Assembly: GCA_021155985.1 (NCBI GenBank)
Contig: JAJNBA010000017.1
Coordinates: 1,779 to 65,778, forward strand
DNA length: 64,000 bases
Origin: Actinomycetes bacterium
GTDB lineage: Bacteria; Actinomycetota; UBA4738; HRBIN12
Direction of reading: 5' to 3'
Below the pieces are notes generated by a model. It saw nothing but the letters and a program-made list of their open reading frames with translations. It was not told the origin of the DNA and searched no databases. Position 1 is the first letter of the stretch. Every line of letters begins with the position of its first letter. Shown here in pieces: positions 41,673-53,528 of this stretch. Position numbers and translations under genes: made by a program.

Positions 41673-43201
41673 AGCCGGTTCTGACGCCGGAGGAGGCCGC
41701 CGCCCTCGACCGCGACACGCAGGCCGGCGGCATCGCGGCCGAAGTTCTGATGGAGCGGGCGGGCCGTGCGGTGGCACGGGCCGCCCGCGAGCTCGCGGGC
41801 GGTTCGTACGGCCGTCGATCGGTCGTCGTCTGCGGGAAGGGCAACAACGGTGGCGATGGGCTCGTCGCGGCGCGTCACCTCGCCCGGGCGGGGGTGCGGA
41901 CGACCGTGGTGGTGCTCGAGGATCCCGACGAGCTCCGCGATCCCGCGGCGTCGAACGCCCGGCGTCTCGCCGAGGTTCCGGGCATCCGCGTACGGACGTT
42001 CGACGAACACGCCCTCGGGCGCGAGCTCGTCCGAGCGGACATCGCGGTGGATGCGATCTTCGGGACGGGCTTCCGCGGCATGCCGGAGGATGACTGGGCG
42101 ACGGCGATAACGACCCTGAACGAGGCCGACACGCCGGTGGTGGCGGTCGACATCCCGTCCGGCGTCGATGGCGCCACGGGCGTCGTGGAGGGTGAGGCCG
42201 TCCGTGCGGATCTGACCGTCGCGTTCGGCGCACCCAAGCTGGGGACGGTCCTGATGCCCGGAGCGGAGCATGCCGGCATCCTGCGGGTCGTCGACATCGG
42301 TTTCCCCGACGACCTTCTCCGAGCTCGCGCCTGGCTCACGGAGCCGGACGACGTGGCCGCGTGGCTGCCCCAACGTGACATCGACACGCACAAGCGCGCG
42401 TCGGGGGTGCTGGTCGTGGTGGCGGGGTCGCGTGCGATGACCGGGGCGGCTCGCTTGATCGCGATGGCTGCGGGCAGGGTCGGCGCGGGGCTGGTCGTCG
42501 TGGCCGCTCCCGGAGGCTGCCTGTCGCAGATCCAGGCGGGACTGACCGAGCCGACGTTCCTGCCGCTGCCCGAGACGGCCAACGGCACCGTGGCTGCGGA
42601 GGCGGCCGCACCCGTGTTGGAACGGCTGGAGGCCGCCGACGCACTGGCGATCGGGCCGGGCCTCACGACCGACCAAGAGACGGTGGCCTTCGTCCGCGAC
42701 GTCGTGCGCCGTTCGCCGGTCCCTCTGGTCCTCGACGCCGACGGTCTGAACGCCTTCACGGCCGATGGGGCTGCACTCGGGGACCGTGCGTCAGAAGCGG
42801 TCCTCACGCCGCACGTCGGCGAGTTCGGCCGATTGACCGGGGTGAAGGCCCGAGACCTCGACGCGGACCGGCCCGCTCACGTCCGCGCGCTGGCGAACCA
42901 GACGGGCGGGGTGGCGCTCCTCAAGGGGAGTCGCACCGTGATCGCGAACCCCGACGGGCGGTTGTTCGTGAACATGACCGGGTCGCCCGTGCTCGCGACC
43001 GCCGGCACGGGTGACGTCCTGACCGGGATGATCGGCGGGTTCCTCGCACGAGGTGTGGCGCCGACCGAGTCGGCCGTCGCGGCCGCTTACCTCCACGGCC
43101 TGGCCGGGGTGTTCGCGGGCAGGGATCTCGGTGAAGGAGCGGTCGCGGGAGACGTCGTGGATCGTGTGCCTGAGGCCGTCGCACATGTGGAGGCCGAGTG
43201 A
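41669..43201 (+). CDS. nnr: Bifunctional NAD(P)H-hydrate repair enzyme Nnr (epimerase/ADP-dependent dehydratase)
   Basis: N-terminal YjeF_N (VVVCGKGNNGGDGLVAARHL) plus a C-terminal carbohydrate-kinase-like domain (GPGL...ATAGTGDVLTGMIGG). Confidence 0.92.
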   Translation: MKPVLTPEEAAALDRDTQAGGIAAEVLMERAGRAVARAARELAGGSYGRRSVVVCGKGNNGGDGLVAARHLARAGVRTTVVVLEDPDELRDPAASNARRLAEVPGIRVRTFDEHALGRELVRADIAVDAIFGTGFRGMPEDDWATAITTLNEADTPVVAVDIPSGVDGATGVVEGEAVRADLTVAFGAPKLGTVLMPGAEHAGILRVVDIGFPDDLLRARAWLTEPDDVAAWLPQRDIDTHKRASGVLVVVAGSRAMTGAARLIAMAAGRVGAGLVVVAAPGGCLSQIQAGLTEPTFLPLPETANGTVAAEAAAPVLERLEAADALAIGPGLTTDQETVAFVRDVVRRSPVPLVLDADGLNAFTADGAALGDRASEAVLTPHVGEFGRLTGVKARDLDADRPAHVRALANQTGGVALLKGSRTVIANPDGRLFVNMTGSPVLATAGTGDVLTGMIGGFLARGVAPTESAVAAAYLHGLAGVFAGRDLGEGAVAGDVVDRVPEAVAHVEAE

Positions 43202-44306
43202 GCGCAAAGTGAGTGAAGACTTTCGGCCCACCTGGGTCGAGGTGGATCTCGAGGCGATCCGACACAACGCCCGCGTCCTCAAACCCGAGACCGCCGAGCT
43301 GATGGCGGTGGTGAAAGCGAACGGCTACGGGCACGGCGACGTCGAGGTGGCCCGCGCTGCGATCGAGGCCGGCGCCACGTGGTGTGGGGTGGCGCTCGTC
43401 GAGGAAGGGCTTCGGCTCCGCTCCGCGGGGATCGAGGCGCCGATCCTCGTGCTCTCGGAGCTCCCGGCCGGTTCGGAGGCCGTCGCGCTCGCGCACCGGC
43501 TCACGCCGACGGTGTATTCGGACGGCGGGCTCGAGCGTCTCGCGTCGGCGACCCGGGGACCGGTGCCCGTGCACGTGAAGGTCGATACCGGGATGCACCG
43601 CGTGGGGATCTGGCCACCGGAGGACGCGCCGGCGTTCGCTCGGCGCGCGCAGGAGGCCGGGTTCGAGGTCGAGGGTCTCTTCACGCACTTCGCTCGGTCG
43701 GAGGAGGATGAGGCCACGACCAAGGAGCAGCTCGAGCGATTCCTCGACGCCGCCGACGCCGCTCGAGCCGCCGGCGTGCGTCCGCGGGTCCTCCACGCAG
43801 CGAACTCCGGGGCGACGATCCTGCATCCGGAGTCCCACCTGGACCTCGTGCGGCCCGGCATCGCCCTGTACGGGATCGAACCGGCGCCGGGGATCGGCGC
43901 ACATCTGGGTCTGTGCCCGGCGCTCACCTGGCGGAGCCGGGTGAGCGCCGTGAAGCGGCTCCCTGCCGGCGAGGCCGTCTCGTACGGGCATCGGTATCGG
44001 CTCGAACGCGATGCCTGGCTCGCCACCGTGCCGGTCGGCTACGCGGACGGCTACCCTCGGCAGTTGACGAACCTCGGGTCGGTGCTGATCGGGGGGCGGC
44101 GCCACGGGATCGCCGGGACGGTCACGATGGACCAGTTGCTGGTGGACTGCGCGGACGAGGAGATCCAGGTCGGCGAGGAGGTCGTGCTGATCGGGAACCA
44201 AGGCGACGACACGATCGGGGCAGACGAGCTCGGCCGACTCATCGGGACGATCGGGTACGAGATCGTGAGCCGGGTCGGAGACCGTGTCCCGAGGCGGTAC
44301 GGATGA
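43185..44306 (+). CDS. alr: Alanine racemase
   Basis: WVEVDLEAIRHNARVL, MAVVKANGYGHG (PLP Lys), VSYGHRY. The start is ATG 43185 or GTG 43209. Confidence 0.94.
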   Translation: MWRPSERKVSEDFRPTWVEVDLEAIRHNARVLKPETAELMAVVKANGYGHGDVEVARAAIEAGATWCGVALVEEGLRLRSAGIEAPILVLSELPAGSEAVALAHRLTPTVYSDGGLERLASATRGPVPVHVKVDTGMHRVGIWPPEDAPAFARRAQEAGFEVEGLFTHFARSEEDEATTKEQLERFLDAADAARAAGVRPRVLHAANSGATILHPESHLDLVRPGIALYGIEPAPGIGAHLGLCPALTWRSRVSAVKRLPAGEAVSYGHRYRLERDAWLATVPVGYADGYPRQLTNLGSVLIGGRRHGIAGTVTMDQLLVDCADEEIQVGEEVVLIGNQGDDTIGADELGRLIGTIGYEIVSRVGDRVPRRYG

Positions 44307-45373
44307 GGAAGGCCATGTCGAACGCGCCCAAGGTGGCCGTTGGGGCGGCTGCCGCGGCGGGGGCGGTCGCCGCCGGCCTCGCGGGACGAGCGCTCTGGCG
44401 ACACCGGCGCCCGGCCGGCGGCGACCGCGCGTGGGGCCCGCCCCCGCAGGATCTGGGACCGATCGAGGCGTTCGACGGCACGGAGCTCGCCGTGCGCGCG
44501 GCCGGTCCGCCGGATGGCTCGATCCTGCTGTTCTCCCATGGGTTCAGCCTCGACATGACGACCTGGCGCGAACAGTGGTCGGACCTCGCCGACGAGTTCC
44601 GCTGCATCGCCCTCGACCATCGTGCGCACGGCCGGAGCGAGGTGCCGGCGACCGGCGACGTGAGCCTCCGGTCGATGGGCAGGGACCTCGCGACCGTCCT
44701 GGACGCGGTCGCGCCTGATCGGCGAGTGGTGCTGATCGGTCACTCGATGGGAGCGATGGCGATCCTCGCCCTCGCCGAGCAGCGTCCGGACCTCTTCGGT
44801 CCGCGGATCGGCGGCGTCGTGTTCCTCGGGGCGTCCGCTTCGGACCTGTTGCGGGGCGCGATGGGCGGCGTGACGGACCTCCTCCGACCCCGCCTCGGAT
44901 CGCTCGCGACGGCCGCTCGCCGGGTGGACCGTCTCCGCCGGGCGATCCTCGCCGGTCCGGCGGAGGTGCCGGCCATCGTCGCGCGCGTGACGCAATTCGC
45001 CCCCGACGCGCCGGACGACGTCGTCGACCACGTGCTGCACCTCGCCGAGCTCACGACCTCCCTCGTCTGGACGGACGGCCTGTCGGAGTTGATGCGGATG
45101 GACTTCCGCCACGCCCTCGCGCGGCTCACGGTGCCTGCGCTCGTCGCTGTCGGAGACCAGGACCGCGTGACGCCGCCCGCCGTCGCCGTGGAGCTCGCCG
45201 CGGCGCTCCCGGACGGGAGGCTGTTCCTCGTCGAGGGAGCAGGTCACATCGCGATGCTGGAGCGGCCCGAACGGCTCAACCCGGAGCTCCGCTCGTTCGC
45301 GCGGGAGGCCCTCTCGCTCGGATCGGATCGTGGCCGGAAGCGCCAGGGAACGAGGAAGAACGGGGCGGCGTGA
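44303..45373 (+). CDS. Alpha/beta-fold hydrolase with N-terminal hydrophobic segment
   Basis: [10 protein letters not shown], nucleophile elbow GHSMGA, late GAGH. ATGA overlap with the alr stop. Confidence 0.8.
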   Translation: MRKAMSNAPKVAVGAAAAAGAVAAGLAGRALWRHRRPAGGDRAWGPPPQDLGPIEAFDGTELAVRAAGPPDGSILLFSHGFSLDMTTWREQWSDLADEFRCIALDHRAHGRSEVPATGDVSLRSMGRDLATVLDAVAPDRRVVLIGHSMGAMAILALAEQRPDLFGPRIGGVVFLGASASDLLRGAMGGVTDLLRPRLGSLATAARRVDRLRRAILAGPAEVPAIVARVTQFAPDAPDDVVDHVLHLAELTTSLVWTDGLSELMRMDFRHALARLTVPALVAVGDQDRVTPPAVAVELAAALPDGRLFLVEGAGHIAMLERPERLNPELRSFAREALSLGSDRGRKRQGTRKNGAA

Positions 45374-46086
45374 GCCGGACGCTGACGGACATCGGCGCCG
45401 AGGCGGCGGGGTGCACCCGGTGCCGGCTCGCCGAGGGGCGGACCCAGGTCGTGTTCGGCGTCGGGAACCCGGATGCGGACGTGCTGTTCATCGGTGAGGC
45501 GCCGGGATTCCACGAGGACAAGCAGGGAGAGCCGTTCGTCGGAGCCGCCGGGCAGCTGCTCACGAAGGTCCTCGGCGATGTCCTCGGCCTCGACCGTGGC
45601 GACGTCTACATCTGCAACGTCCTGAAATGCCGGCCGCCGGGGAACCGCGATCCGCAAGAGGACGAGATCGAGTCCTGCACGCCGTGGCTCGTGGAGCAGA
45701 TCTCGTCGATCCAACCGCGCGTGATCGTGACGCTCGGCAACTTCGCGACGAAGTTCGTCCTGCAGACCCAGCAAGGGATCACGAGGATGCGCGGGAGGGC
45801 CTATCCGTGGCACGGCAGGACGGTGATCCCGACGTTCCATCCGGCCGCGATCCTCCGCGGGGGTGGGGAGAAGTCGCGCCAGTTCGGTGAGCTCCGCGAG
45901 GACTTCGAGCTCGTGCGCGACACCCTCGCGGCGATGGACCCGGCGCCCGGGTCTGCGCCGGCCCCTGCGTGGTCTCCGGCACCCGCTCCGTCTCCGGCAC
46001 CCGTCCAGGCCCCCGAGCCCCCGCCCGTCCGTGTGCCGGATGCCGACGTCGCGCCGGTGCCCGAGGAGCAGCTCGAGCTGTTCTGA
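45370..46086 (+). CDS. Family 4 uracil-DNA glycosylase (4Fe-4S type) with Pro-rich tail ending in QLELF
   Basis: [71 protein letters not shown]. Confidence 0.9.
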   Translation: MSRTLTDIGAEAAGCTRCRLAEGRTQVVFGVGNPDADVLFIGEAPGFHEDKQGEPFVGAAGQLLTKVLGDVLGLDRGDVYICNVLKCRPPGNRDPQEDEIESCTPWLVEQISSIQPRVIVTLGNFATKFVLQTQQGITRMRGRAYPWHGRTVIPTFHPAAILRGGGEKSRQFGELREDFELVRDTLAAMDPAPGSAPAPAWSPAPAPSPAPVQAPEPPPVRVPDADVAPVPEEQLELF

Positions 46087-46088
46087 TC

Positions 46089-46610
46089 ATGCGCCTCGAG
46101 CTCGCGACCGCTACCGCCGAGGGAACGCGGGACGTCGGTGCGGCCCTCGCGACCCTGCTGCTGCCTCGCGATACCGTCGTCCTCACGGGCGATCTCGGAG
46201 CCGGCAAGACGACGCTGGTCCAAGGGATCGGACGGGGTCTGGGGGTGGAGGATCACGTCGCGTCACCCACGTTCACCCTGGTGAAGGAGTACGCGGGGAG
46301 CCTCGACGTCGCCCATGTCGACGTGTACCGGCTCGAGCGCGTGCAAGACGTCGTGGACCTCGGGCTCGACGAGCTGGGCGGCCGCGATCGGGTGCTCGTG
46401 GTCGAGTGGGGTGACGCGGTCCAGGAGCTCCTGCCCGAGGACCGGCTCCGCGTGGAGCTCACCACGGGATCGGATGACGATGCCCGACGGATCGTGCTCA
46501 CACCTCTCGGACGGTCGTGGGCGCTGCGGTGGGAACGGCTCGAGCAGCTCCTCGAACCGTTCCGCCGCGACGCGCCGTCCGGCGGACCTGTCGCGGAGGC
46601 GGCGCCGTGA
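46089..46610 (+). CDS. tsaE: tRNA t6A37 biosynthesis ATPase TsaE
   Basis: VVLTGDLGAGKTTLVQGIGRGLGV...SPTFTLVKEY. Confidence 0.92.
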   Translation: MRLELATATAEGTRDVGAALATLLLPRDTVVLTGDLGAGKTTLVQGIGRGLGVEDHVASPTFTLVKEYAGSLDVAHVDVYRLERVQDVVDLGLDELGGRDRVLVVEWGDAVQELLPEDRLRVELTTGSDDDARRIVLTPLGRSWALRWERLEQLLEPFRRDAPSGGPVAEAAP

Positions 46611-47314
46611 TCGTCGTGGGGATCGAGACCTCGACCCCGCACACGTCGGTGGCGATCGGCTCGGAGCGTGAGCTGCTCGGGGCGGTCTCGGTGGCCGGTA
46701 AGGCTCGTCAGGAGGCGGTCACACCTGCGCTGGAGCGGCTCTGCGGATGGACCGGCATCGAGCTCGGCCAGGTCGGCGGGATCGCCGTCGGGATCGGACC
46801 GGGGCTGTTCACGGGGCTGCGCGTCGGCATCGAGACCGCGAAGACCCTCGCCCAGGTCCTCAGCGTCCCGATCGTCGGGATCACGAGCCTGGACGCGTTG
46901 GCGTTCACGGTCCGTCACACGCACAAGCTGATCGTCGCGGTGATCGACGGGCGCCGACGGGAGGTGTTCTCCGCGATCTACCGGGCGCTCCCGGGCGGGG
47001 TCGTCCGAGGGAGCGAGTACACCGTGGCGTCGCCCGATCACCTCTGCGCCGAGCTGGAAACCGTGCCGGGGGAGATGCTGGCGGTCGGCGACGGTGCCAT
47101 CCTGTACCGGAACCAGCTCGAGGGGCTGGGGAGCAGGGTCGAGTTCGCCTCGACGATCCGGGCGCACCCGGAGGCCGCGGCGCTGGTCGAGCTGGCGGTC
47201 CCGCGGTTCCTCCGCGAGGAGCACGACCGGCTCCACGATGTGGTGCCGATGTATCTGAGGAAGTCGGATGCGGAGATCGCGTGGGACAACCGGGACCGAG
47301 GTACCGGCGCTTGA
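46607..47314 (+). CDS. tsaB: tRNA t6A37 biosynthesis protein TsaB
   Basis: VIVVGIETSTPHTSVAIG..., GIAVGIGPGLFTGLRVG; GTGA overlap. Confidence 0.92.
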   Translation: MIVVGIETSTPHTSVAIGSERELLGAVSVAGKARQEAVTPALERLCGWTGIELGQVGGIAVGIGPGLFTGLRVGIETAKTLAQVLSVPIVGITSLDALAFTVRHTHKLIVAVIDGRRREVFSAIYRALPGGVVRGSEYTVASPDHLCAELETVPGEMLAVGDGAILYRNQLEGLGSRVEFASTIRAHPEAAALVELAVPRFLREEHDRLHDVVPMYLRKSDAEIAWDNRDRGTGA

Positions 47315-47315
47315 G

Positions 47316-47819
47316 GTGACTCCCATGCGCAGGCGGCACCTGCGCGGCGTCATGGCGATCGAGCGCCAGGTCTACGCGCGGCCGTGGTCACCCAACCTCT
47401 TCGCGGCAGAGATCACGGACCCGAACGGCCGCTGCTATCTCGTGGCCCGAGTGCACAAGGAGATCGTCGGGTACGGGGGACTGATCTGCTACGGGGACGA
47501 GGCGCACATCACCAACGTGGCGGTCGATCCGATGCATCAGGGACACGGGATCGCGACGCGCTTGCTGGCGGAGCTGATCCCGGAGGCCATCGAGATGGCA
47601 GCGCGCGCGGTGTCCCTCGAGGTCCGCGTCACGAACTGGGGGGCGCAGCGGATCTACGCTCGCTTCGGCTTCCGGCCCGTCGGCATCCGGCGCAACTACT
47701 ACCAAGAGGTGAGCGAGGACGCGCTCATCATGTGGACCGACGACGTGAGGACCGAGTCGTACCGGCGGCGCCTGGACGAGATCGAGGAGACCCTCCCGCA
47801 GGGCGTGCGCCCCGCGTGA
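47316..47819 (+). CDS. rimI: Ribosomal-protein-alanine N-acetyltransferase
   Basis: GNAT motif ITNVAVDPMHQGHGIATRLL; conserved position between tsaB and tsaD. The start is uncertain (47311-47325). Confidence 0.85.
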   Translation: MTPMRRRHLRGVMAIERQVYARPWSPNLFAAEITDPNGRCYLVARVHKEIVGYGGLICYGDEAHITNVAVDPMHQGHGIATRLLAELIPEAIEMAARAVSLEVRVTNWGAQRIYARFGFRPVGIRRNYYQEVSEDALIMWTDDVRTESYRRRLDEIEETLPQGVRPA

Positions 47820-48823
47820 TCACCCTCGGCATCGAGACGTCGTGCGACGAGACCGCCGTAGCGGTCGTGGAGGACGGGTTCCACGTGCGGGCGAACCTGA
47901 TCGCGCGTCAGGAGCACCTGCACGAACGATTCGGAGGGGTGGTGCCCGAGGTCGCCGCTCGAGCCCACGTCGAGGCGCTGAACCCCCTGCTCGATCAGGC
48001 CCTCCACGAGGCGGGCGTCGGGTTCCGAAGCCTGGACGGCGTGGCCGTCACGGTGGGGCCGGGGCTCGTCGGCGCCCTGCTGGTCGGGATGGCGGCCGCC
48101 AAAGCGATCTCGCTCTCCACCGGCGCCCCGCTGATCGGCGTGAATCACCTGGAGGGCCACGTCTGGGCGAACTTCCTCGCCCACGGCGAGCCGGACCCGC
48201 CCTACGTCGCACTCGTCGTCTCCGGTGGCCACACGATGCTCGTGCACATCCCGGAGGTGCATCGCCACGAGGTGCTCGGGCAGACACTCGATGATGCCGC
48301 AGGCGAGGCGTTCGACAAGGTGGCGAGGCTGCTCGGCCTGGGATTCCCCGGAGGACCGGCGCTCGACGCCCTCGCGACCCAGGGCGATCCGGGGGCGGTC
48401 CGCTTCCCGAGGGCGATGGCGGACTCGGGGGACCTCGACTTCTCGATGAGCGGGCTGAAGACCGCGGTCCTCCGCTACCTCCGAGCCGAGCAGGCCGCCG
48501 AGCATGTCGTCTCCCTGCCGGACGTCGCGGCCTCCTTCCAGGAAGCGATCGTCGACGTCCAGGTGGCCAAGACCGTCGCCGCGGCGAAGGAACGCGACGT
48601 GGACACCGTTCTCCTGGGCGGCGGCGTGGTGGCGAACACGAGGCTCCGGGAGCGGATGGCGGAGGAGGGCGCGCGCGCAGGTCTACGGATCCTGTTCCCG
48701 CCGCTCGAGCTCTGCACGGACAACGCGGCGATGATCGCCGCGGTGGGCGCTGCCAGGCTCGGTCGGGGCGAACGGTCCTCGCTGGACATCGGCGCGGACC
48801 CCAACCTAAGGTTGGCGCCGTGA
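47816..48823 (+). CDS. tsaD: tRNA N6-adenosine threonylcarbamoyltransferase TsaD
   Basis: ITLGIETSCDETAVAVV, VNHLEGH, SGGHT, GGVVANTRLR. Confidence 0.96.
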   Translation: MITLGIETSCDETAVAVVEDGFHVRANLIARQEHLHERFGGVVPEVAARAHVEALNPLLDQALHEAGVGFRSLDGVAVTVGPGLVGALLVGMAAAKAISLSTGAPLIGVNHLEGHVWANFLAHGEPDPPYVALVVSGGHTMLVHIPEVHRHEVLGQTLDDAAGEAFDKVARLLGLGFPGGPALDALATQGDPGAVRFPRAMADSGDLDFSMSGLKTAVLRYLRAEQAAEHVVSLPDVAASFQEAIVDVQVAKTVAAAKERDVDTVLLGGGVVANTRLRERMAEEGARAGLRILFPPLELCTDNAAMIAAVGAARLGRGERSSLDIGADPNLRLAP

Positions 48824-49764
48824 CGACCGTCCTGGTGACCGGGGGCGCCGGGTTCATCGGCTCGCAGCTCGCAGAGCGTCTCCTCGCCGAGGGCCACCGG
48901 GTGGTGTCGGTCGACGACCTCTCGACCGGGCGGATCGCCAACCTCGTCGAGGCACGGGGCTACGGCAAGGAGTTCTCGTTCTTCAACATGGACGTGCGCG
49001 CCGACGGTCTCGCGTCGCTCTTCGAACGGAATCGTCCCGAGGTGGTGTTCCACCTGGCCGCACAGGCGGGCGTGCGGCCATCGCTGGAGGACCCGGTCCA
49101 CGACGCGAGCGTGAACATCATGGGCCTCCTCAACGTGTTGGAGGCGGCGGTGGGGGTCGGCGCCCGGAAGGTGATCTACGCCGCGAGCGGCGGGACCGTC
49201 TACGGGGAGCCCCGACGGCTGCCCGTGAAGGAATCCGCCGCGCAGGGCTCTCGTCCGATGTCCCCGTACGGCATCTCGAAGAAGGTCGGACTCGACTACC
49301 TCTCGTACTACCAGCGGTACCGGGGGATCGACTTCACGGCGCTCGGGTTGGGCAACGTCTACGGACCGAGACAGGATCCGACCGGAGAAGCCGGCGTCGT
49401 CGCGATCTTCGCCTCGCAGATGATCTCGGGCCAGGCGCCGACGATCTTCGGCGACGGCAACCAGACCCGTGACTACGTCTTCATCGACGACACCGTCCAC
49501 GCGTTCGTCCAGGCGATGGACGGCGGGTCGGGCAAGCTCGTCAACGTGGGTACCGGCCTGGAGACGAGCGTGAACCACCTGTATCGGCTGCTCTCGGAGA
49601 TCACGGGGTTCGCCGGCGAGCCGGAGCACGGTCCGCAGCCGGCGGGGGAGCTGCGGCGGATGGCGCTGGACATCTCGGCCGCGCCCTCCGCGATCGCCTG
49701 GAAGCCCTGGACCCACCTCGAGGACGGGCTGGCCGAGACGGTCGCCTACCTCAAGGGCATCTGA
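48820..49764 (+). CDS. NAD-dependent sugar epimerase/dehydratase (SDR, UDP-glucose 4-epimerase-like)
   Basis: VLVTGGAGFIGS Rossmann motif, catalytic SPYGISK (YxxxK); GTGA overlap with tsaD. Confidence 0.85.
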   Translation: MTTVLVTGGAGFIGSQLAERLLAEGHRVVSVDDLSTGRIANLVEARGYGKEFSFFNMDVRADGLASLFERNRPEVVFHLAAQAGVRPSLEDPVHDASVNIMGLLNVLEAAVGVGARKVIYAASGGTVYGEPRRLPVKESAAQGSRPMSPYGISKKVGLDYLSYYQRYRGIDFTALGLGNVYGPRQDPTGEAGVVAIFASQMISGQAPTIFGDGNQTRDYVFIDDTVHAFVQAMDGGSGKLVNVGTGLETSVNHLYRLLSEITGFAGEPEHGPQPAGELRRMALDISAAPSAIAWKPWTHLEDGLAETVAYLKGI

Positions 49765-49788
49765 CCTCCTCCCGCCGAGACGGCCCGA

Positions 49789-49818
49789 TTGACCCTTCGG
49801 CGCTCCTGGAGCTATCCT
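49789..49818 (+). promoter_or_regulatory. Candidate groESL promoter
   Basis: TTGACC (49789-49794), 18-nt spacer, TATCCT (49813-49818), immediately upstream of CIRCE. Confidence 0.55.
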
Positions 49819-49819
49819 G

Positions 49820-49846
49820 CTAGCACTCAGGGGGGGTGAGTGCTAA
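49820..49846 (+). promoter_or_regulatory. CIRCE operator (HrcA binding site)
   Basis: CTAGCACTC-N9-GAGTGCTAA against the consensus TTAGCACTC-N9-GAGTGCTAA; 37 nt upstream of groES. Confidence 0.9.
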
Positions 49847-49882
49847 CCCGCCCCGACACGTACGAGGGAGGAGAAGACAGGC

Positions 49883-51875
<1,993 letters not shown>

Positions 51876-51899
51876 GTCCTCACCGAACGATGCACGAAC

Positions 51900-51925
51900 G
51901 AGGCGGGTCCGATGGGGCCCGCCTC
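51900..51925 (+). terminator. Hairpin after groEL
   Basis: gaggcggg (51900-51907) / cccgcctc (51918-51925) followed by acgctttgcg. Confidence 0.4.
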
Positions 51926-51972
51926 ACGCTTTGCGCGGGGTGTGCGCTGAGGGAGCCGTCTAGACTCGAACC

Positions 51973-53037
51973 GTGGCGTTCGAGGAGCTGATCGAGGCCT
52001 GGGACGGTGAGGGGGTCGTCGTCCATCACGACGAGCCAACCTCTTCGTGGATGCTGATCGGCGTCCACGACACCACCCTCGGACCCGGGATGGGCGGCAC
52101 GAGGCTCTCGTCGTACCGGCAGCCCTCCGATGCCCTCGATGACGTGCTCCGGCTCTCGGAGGCGATGACCTGGAAGCAGGCGGCCGCCGACCTCCCCTAC
52201 GGAGGCGGGAAGGCGGTGATCGCTGTACCCGAGGTCCCGACGCCCGGGAGCGACGACCGTCGGGCACTCCTCCTCCGCTACGCGGAGCTGGTCGACTCCC
52301 TCCACGGGACCTACGTGACCGCCGCCGACATGAACACGGGCGAAACGGACATGGACACGATCGCGGAGCGCACGTCGCACGTCCTCGGCCGCTCCACGGC
52401 GAACGGCGGTGCCGGCGATCCGGGAGCGGCCACGGCCCTGGGTGTGTTCCACGGGATCCGCGCGACGGTGCTCCGAGCGTTCGGTGACGACGCCCTGGAG
52501 GCGCGGTCGGTGCTGGTGCAGGGGCTCGGGTCCGTGGGGAGTCGCCTCGCCGGTCATCTCCACGACGCCGGGGCGACCTTGTTGCTCGCCGACGTCGATG
52601 CGGAGCGCGCGACGGCCCTCGCCGACGAGCTCGGGGCGAAGGTCGTCCGGGCCAACGACGTGATCGGCACGGAGTGCGACGTGTTCGCGCCTTGCGCCAC
52701 CGGGAAGGTCCTCAGCGAGGACACGATCCCTCTGCTGCGCTGCCGCGCGATCGCGGGCGCGGCGAACAACCAACTCGCGACCGCGGGGGACGGCGAACGG
52801 CTCCGAGACGCCGGGATCCTCTTCGCCCCGGACTTCGTCGTGAACGCGGGCGGCGTGATCCATCTCGCGGGGCGCGAGACGCTCGGGTGGGACGACGCCA
52901 CGACCGCTTCGCGGCTCGAGGCGATCGGCGACTCGCTCCTGGAGATCTTCGACCGAGCGGAACGAGAGAGCCTCTCGCCGGCCACCGCAGCGGATCGGGT
53001 GGCACGCGAGCGAGTCGCGGTCGCGCGTGGCGAGTGA
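51973..53037 (+). CDS. Leu/Phe/Val-type amino-acid dehydrogenase
   Basis: GPGMGGTRL, MTWKQAAADLPYGGGKAVI (catalytic Lys), Rossmann VQGLGSVGSRLA. TAGACT lies 6 nt upstream of the GTG, so the transcript may be leaderless. Confidence 0.85.
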   Translation: MAFEELIEAWDGEGVVVHHDEPTSSWMLIGVHDTTLGPGMGGTRLSSYRQPSDALDDVLRLSEAMTWKQAAADLPYGGGKAVIAVPEVPTPGSDDRRALLLRYAELVDSLHGTYVTAADMNTGETDMDTIAERTSHVLGRSTANGGAGDPGAATALGVFHGIRATVLRAFGDDALEARSVLVQGLGSVGSRLAGHLHDAGATLLLADVDAERATALADELGAKVVRANDVIGTECDVFAPCATGKVLSEDTIPLLRCRAIAGAANNQLATAGDGERLRDAGILFAPDFVVNAGGVIHLAGRETLGWDDATTASRLEAIGDSLLEIFDRAERESLSPATAADRVARERVAVARGE

Positions 53038-53519
53038 GCGCCACCGAGATCCGCTCGCTCGAGCCGGATGACGCACCCGCCTGCGATGCGATCGTCGCCG
53101 GGCTCCCGTATCACTTCGGACAGGAGCAAGGCCGGCGCGACTGCGCGGCGGCGGCTCGACGCGATCCCGGTCTCGTCGCCGTCGAAGGACGCGAGGTCAC
53201 GGGGTTCCTCACCTACGTGCACCGTTTCGACGAGGCCGCGGAGATCACGTGGATGGCGGTCCGCGCTGACCGACGACGTCGGGGCATCGGGCACGCGTTG
53301 ATCGGCCGGCTGGCGGACGAGCTGGTAGCAGCGGGTCGACGGACCCTGGTCGTCCTCACGGTCTCACCGAGCGATCCCGGTCCCGAGCCCGACGACGGGT
53401 ACCGGTCGACCCGCGCGTTCTACCGGTCGGTCGGGTTCGTCCTCGCGAGGGATCTCCCGCGCGAGTGGGATGGTGGCGACACCGCCGTGCTGCTTGTCAG
53501 GACCTTGGGCGCGCGGTGA
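53034..53519 (+). CDS. GNAT-family N-acetyltransferase
   Basis: ITWMAVRADRRRRGIGHALIGRL (motif A); GTGA overlap with the upstream dehydrogenase. Confidence 0.8.
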   Translation: MSATEIRSLEPDDAPACDAIVAGLPYHFGQEQGRRDCAAAARRDPGLVAVEGREVTGFLTYVHRFDEAAEITWMAVRADRRRRGIGHALIGRLADELVAAGRRTLVVLTVSPSDPGPEPDDGYRSTRAFYRSVGFVLARDLPREWDGGDTAVLLVRTLGAR

Positions 53520-53528
53520 CCGCTCGGA

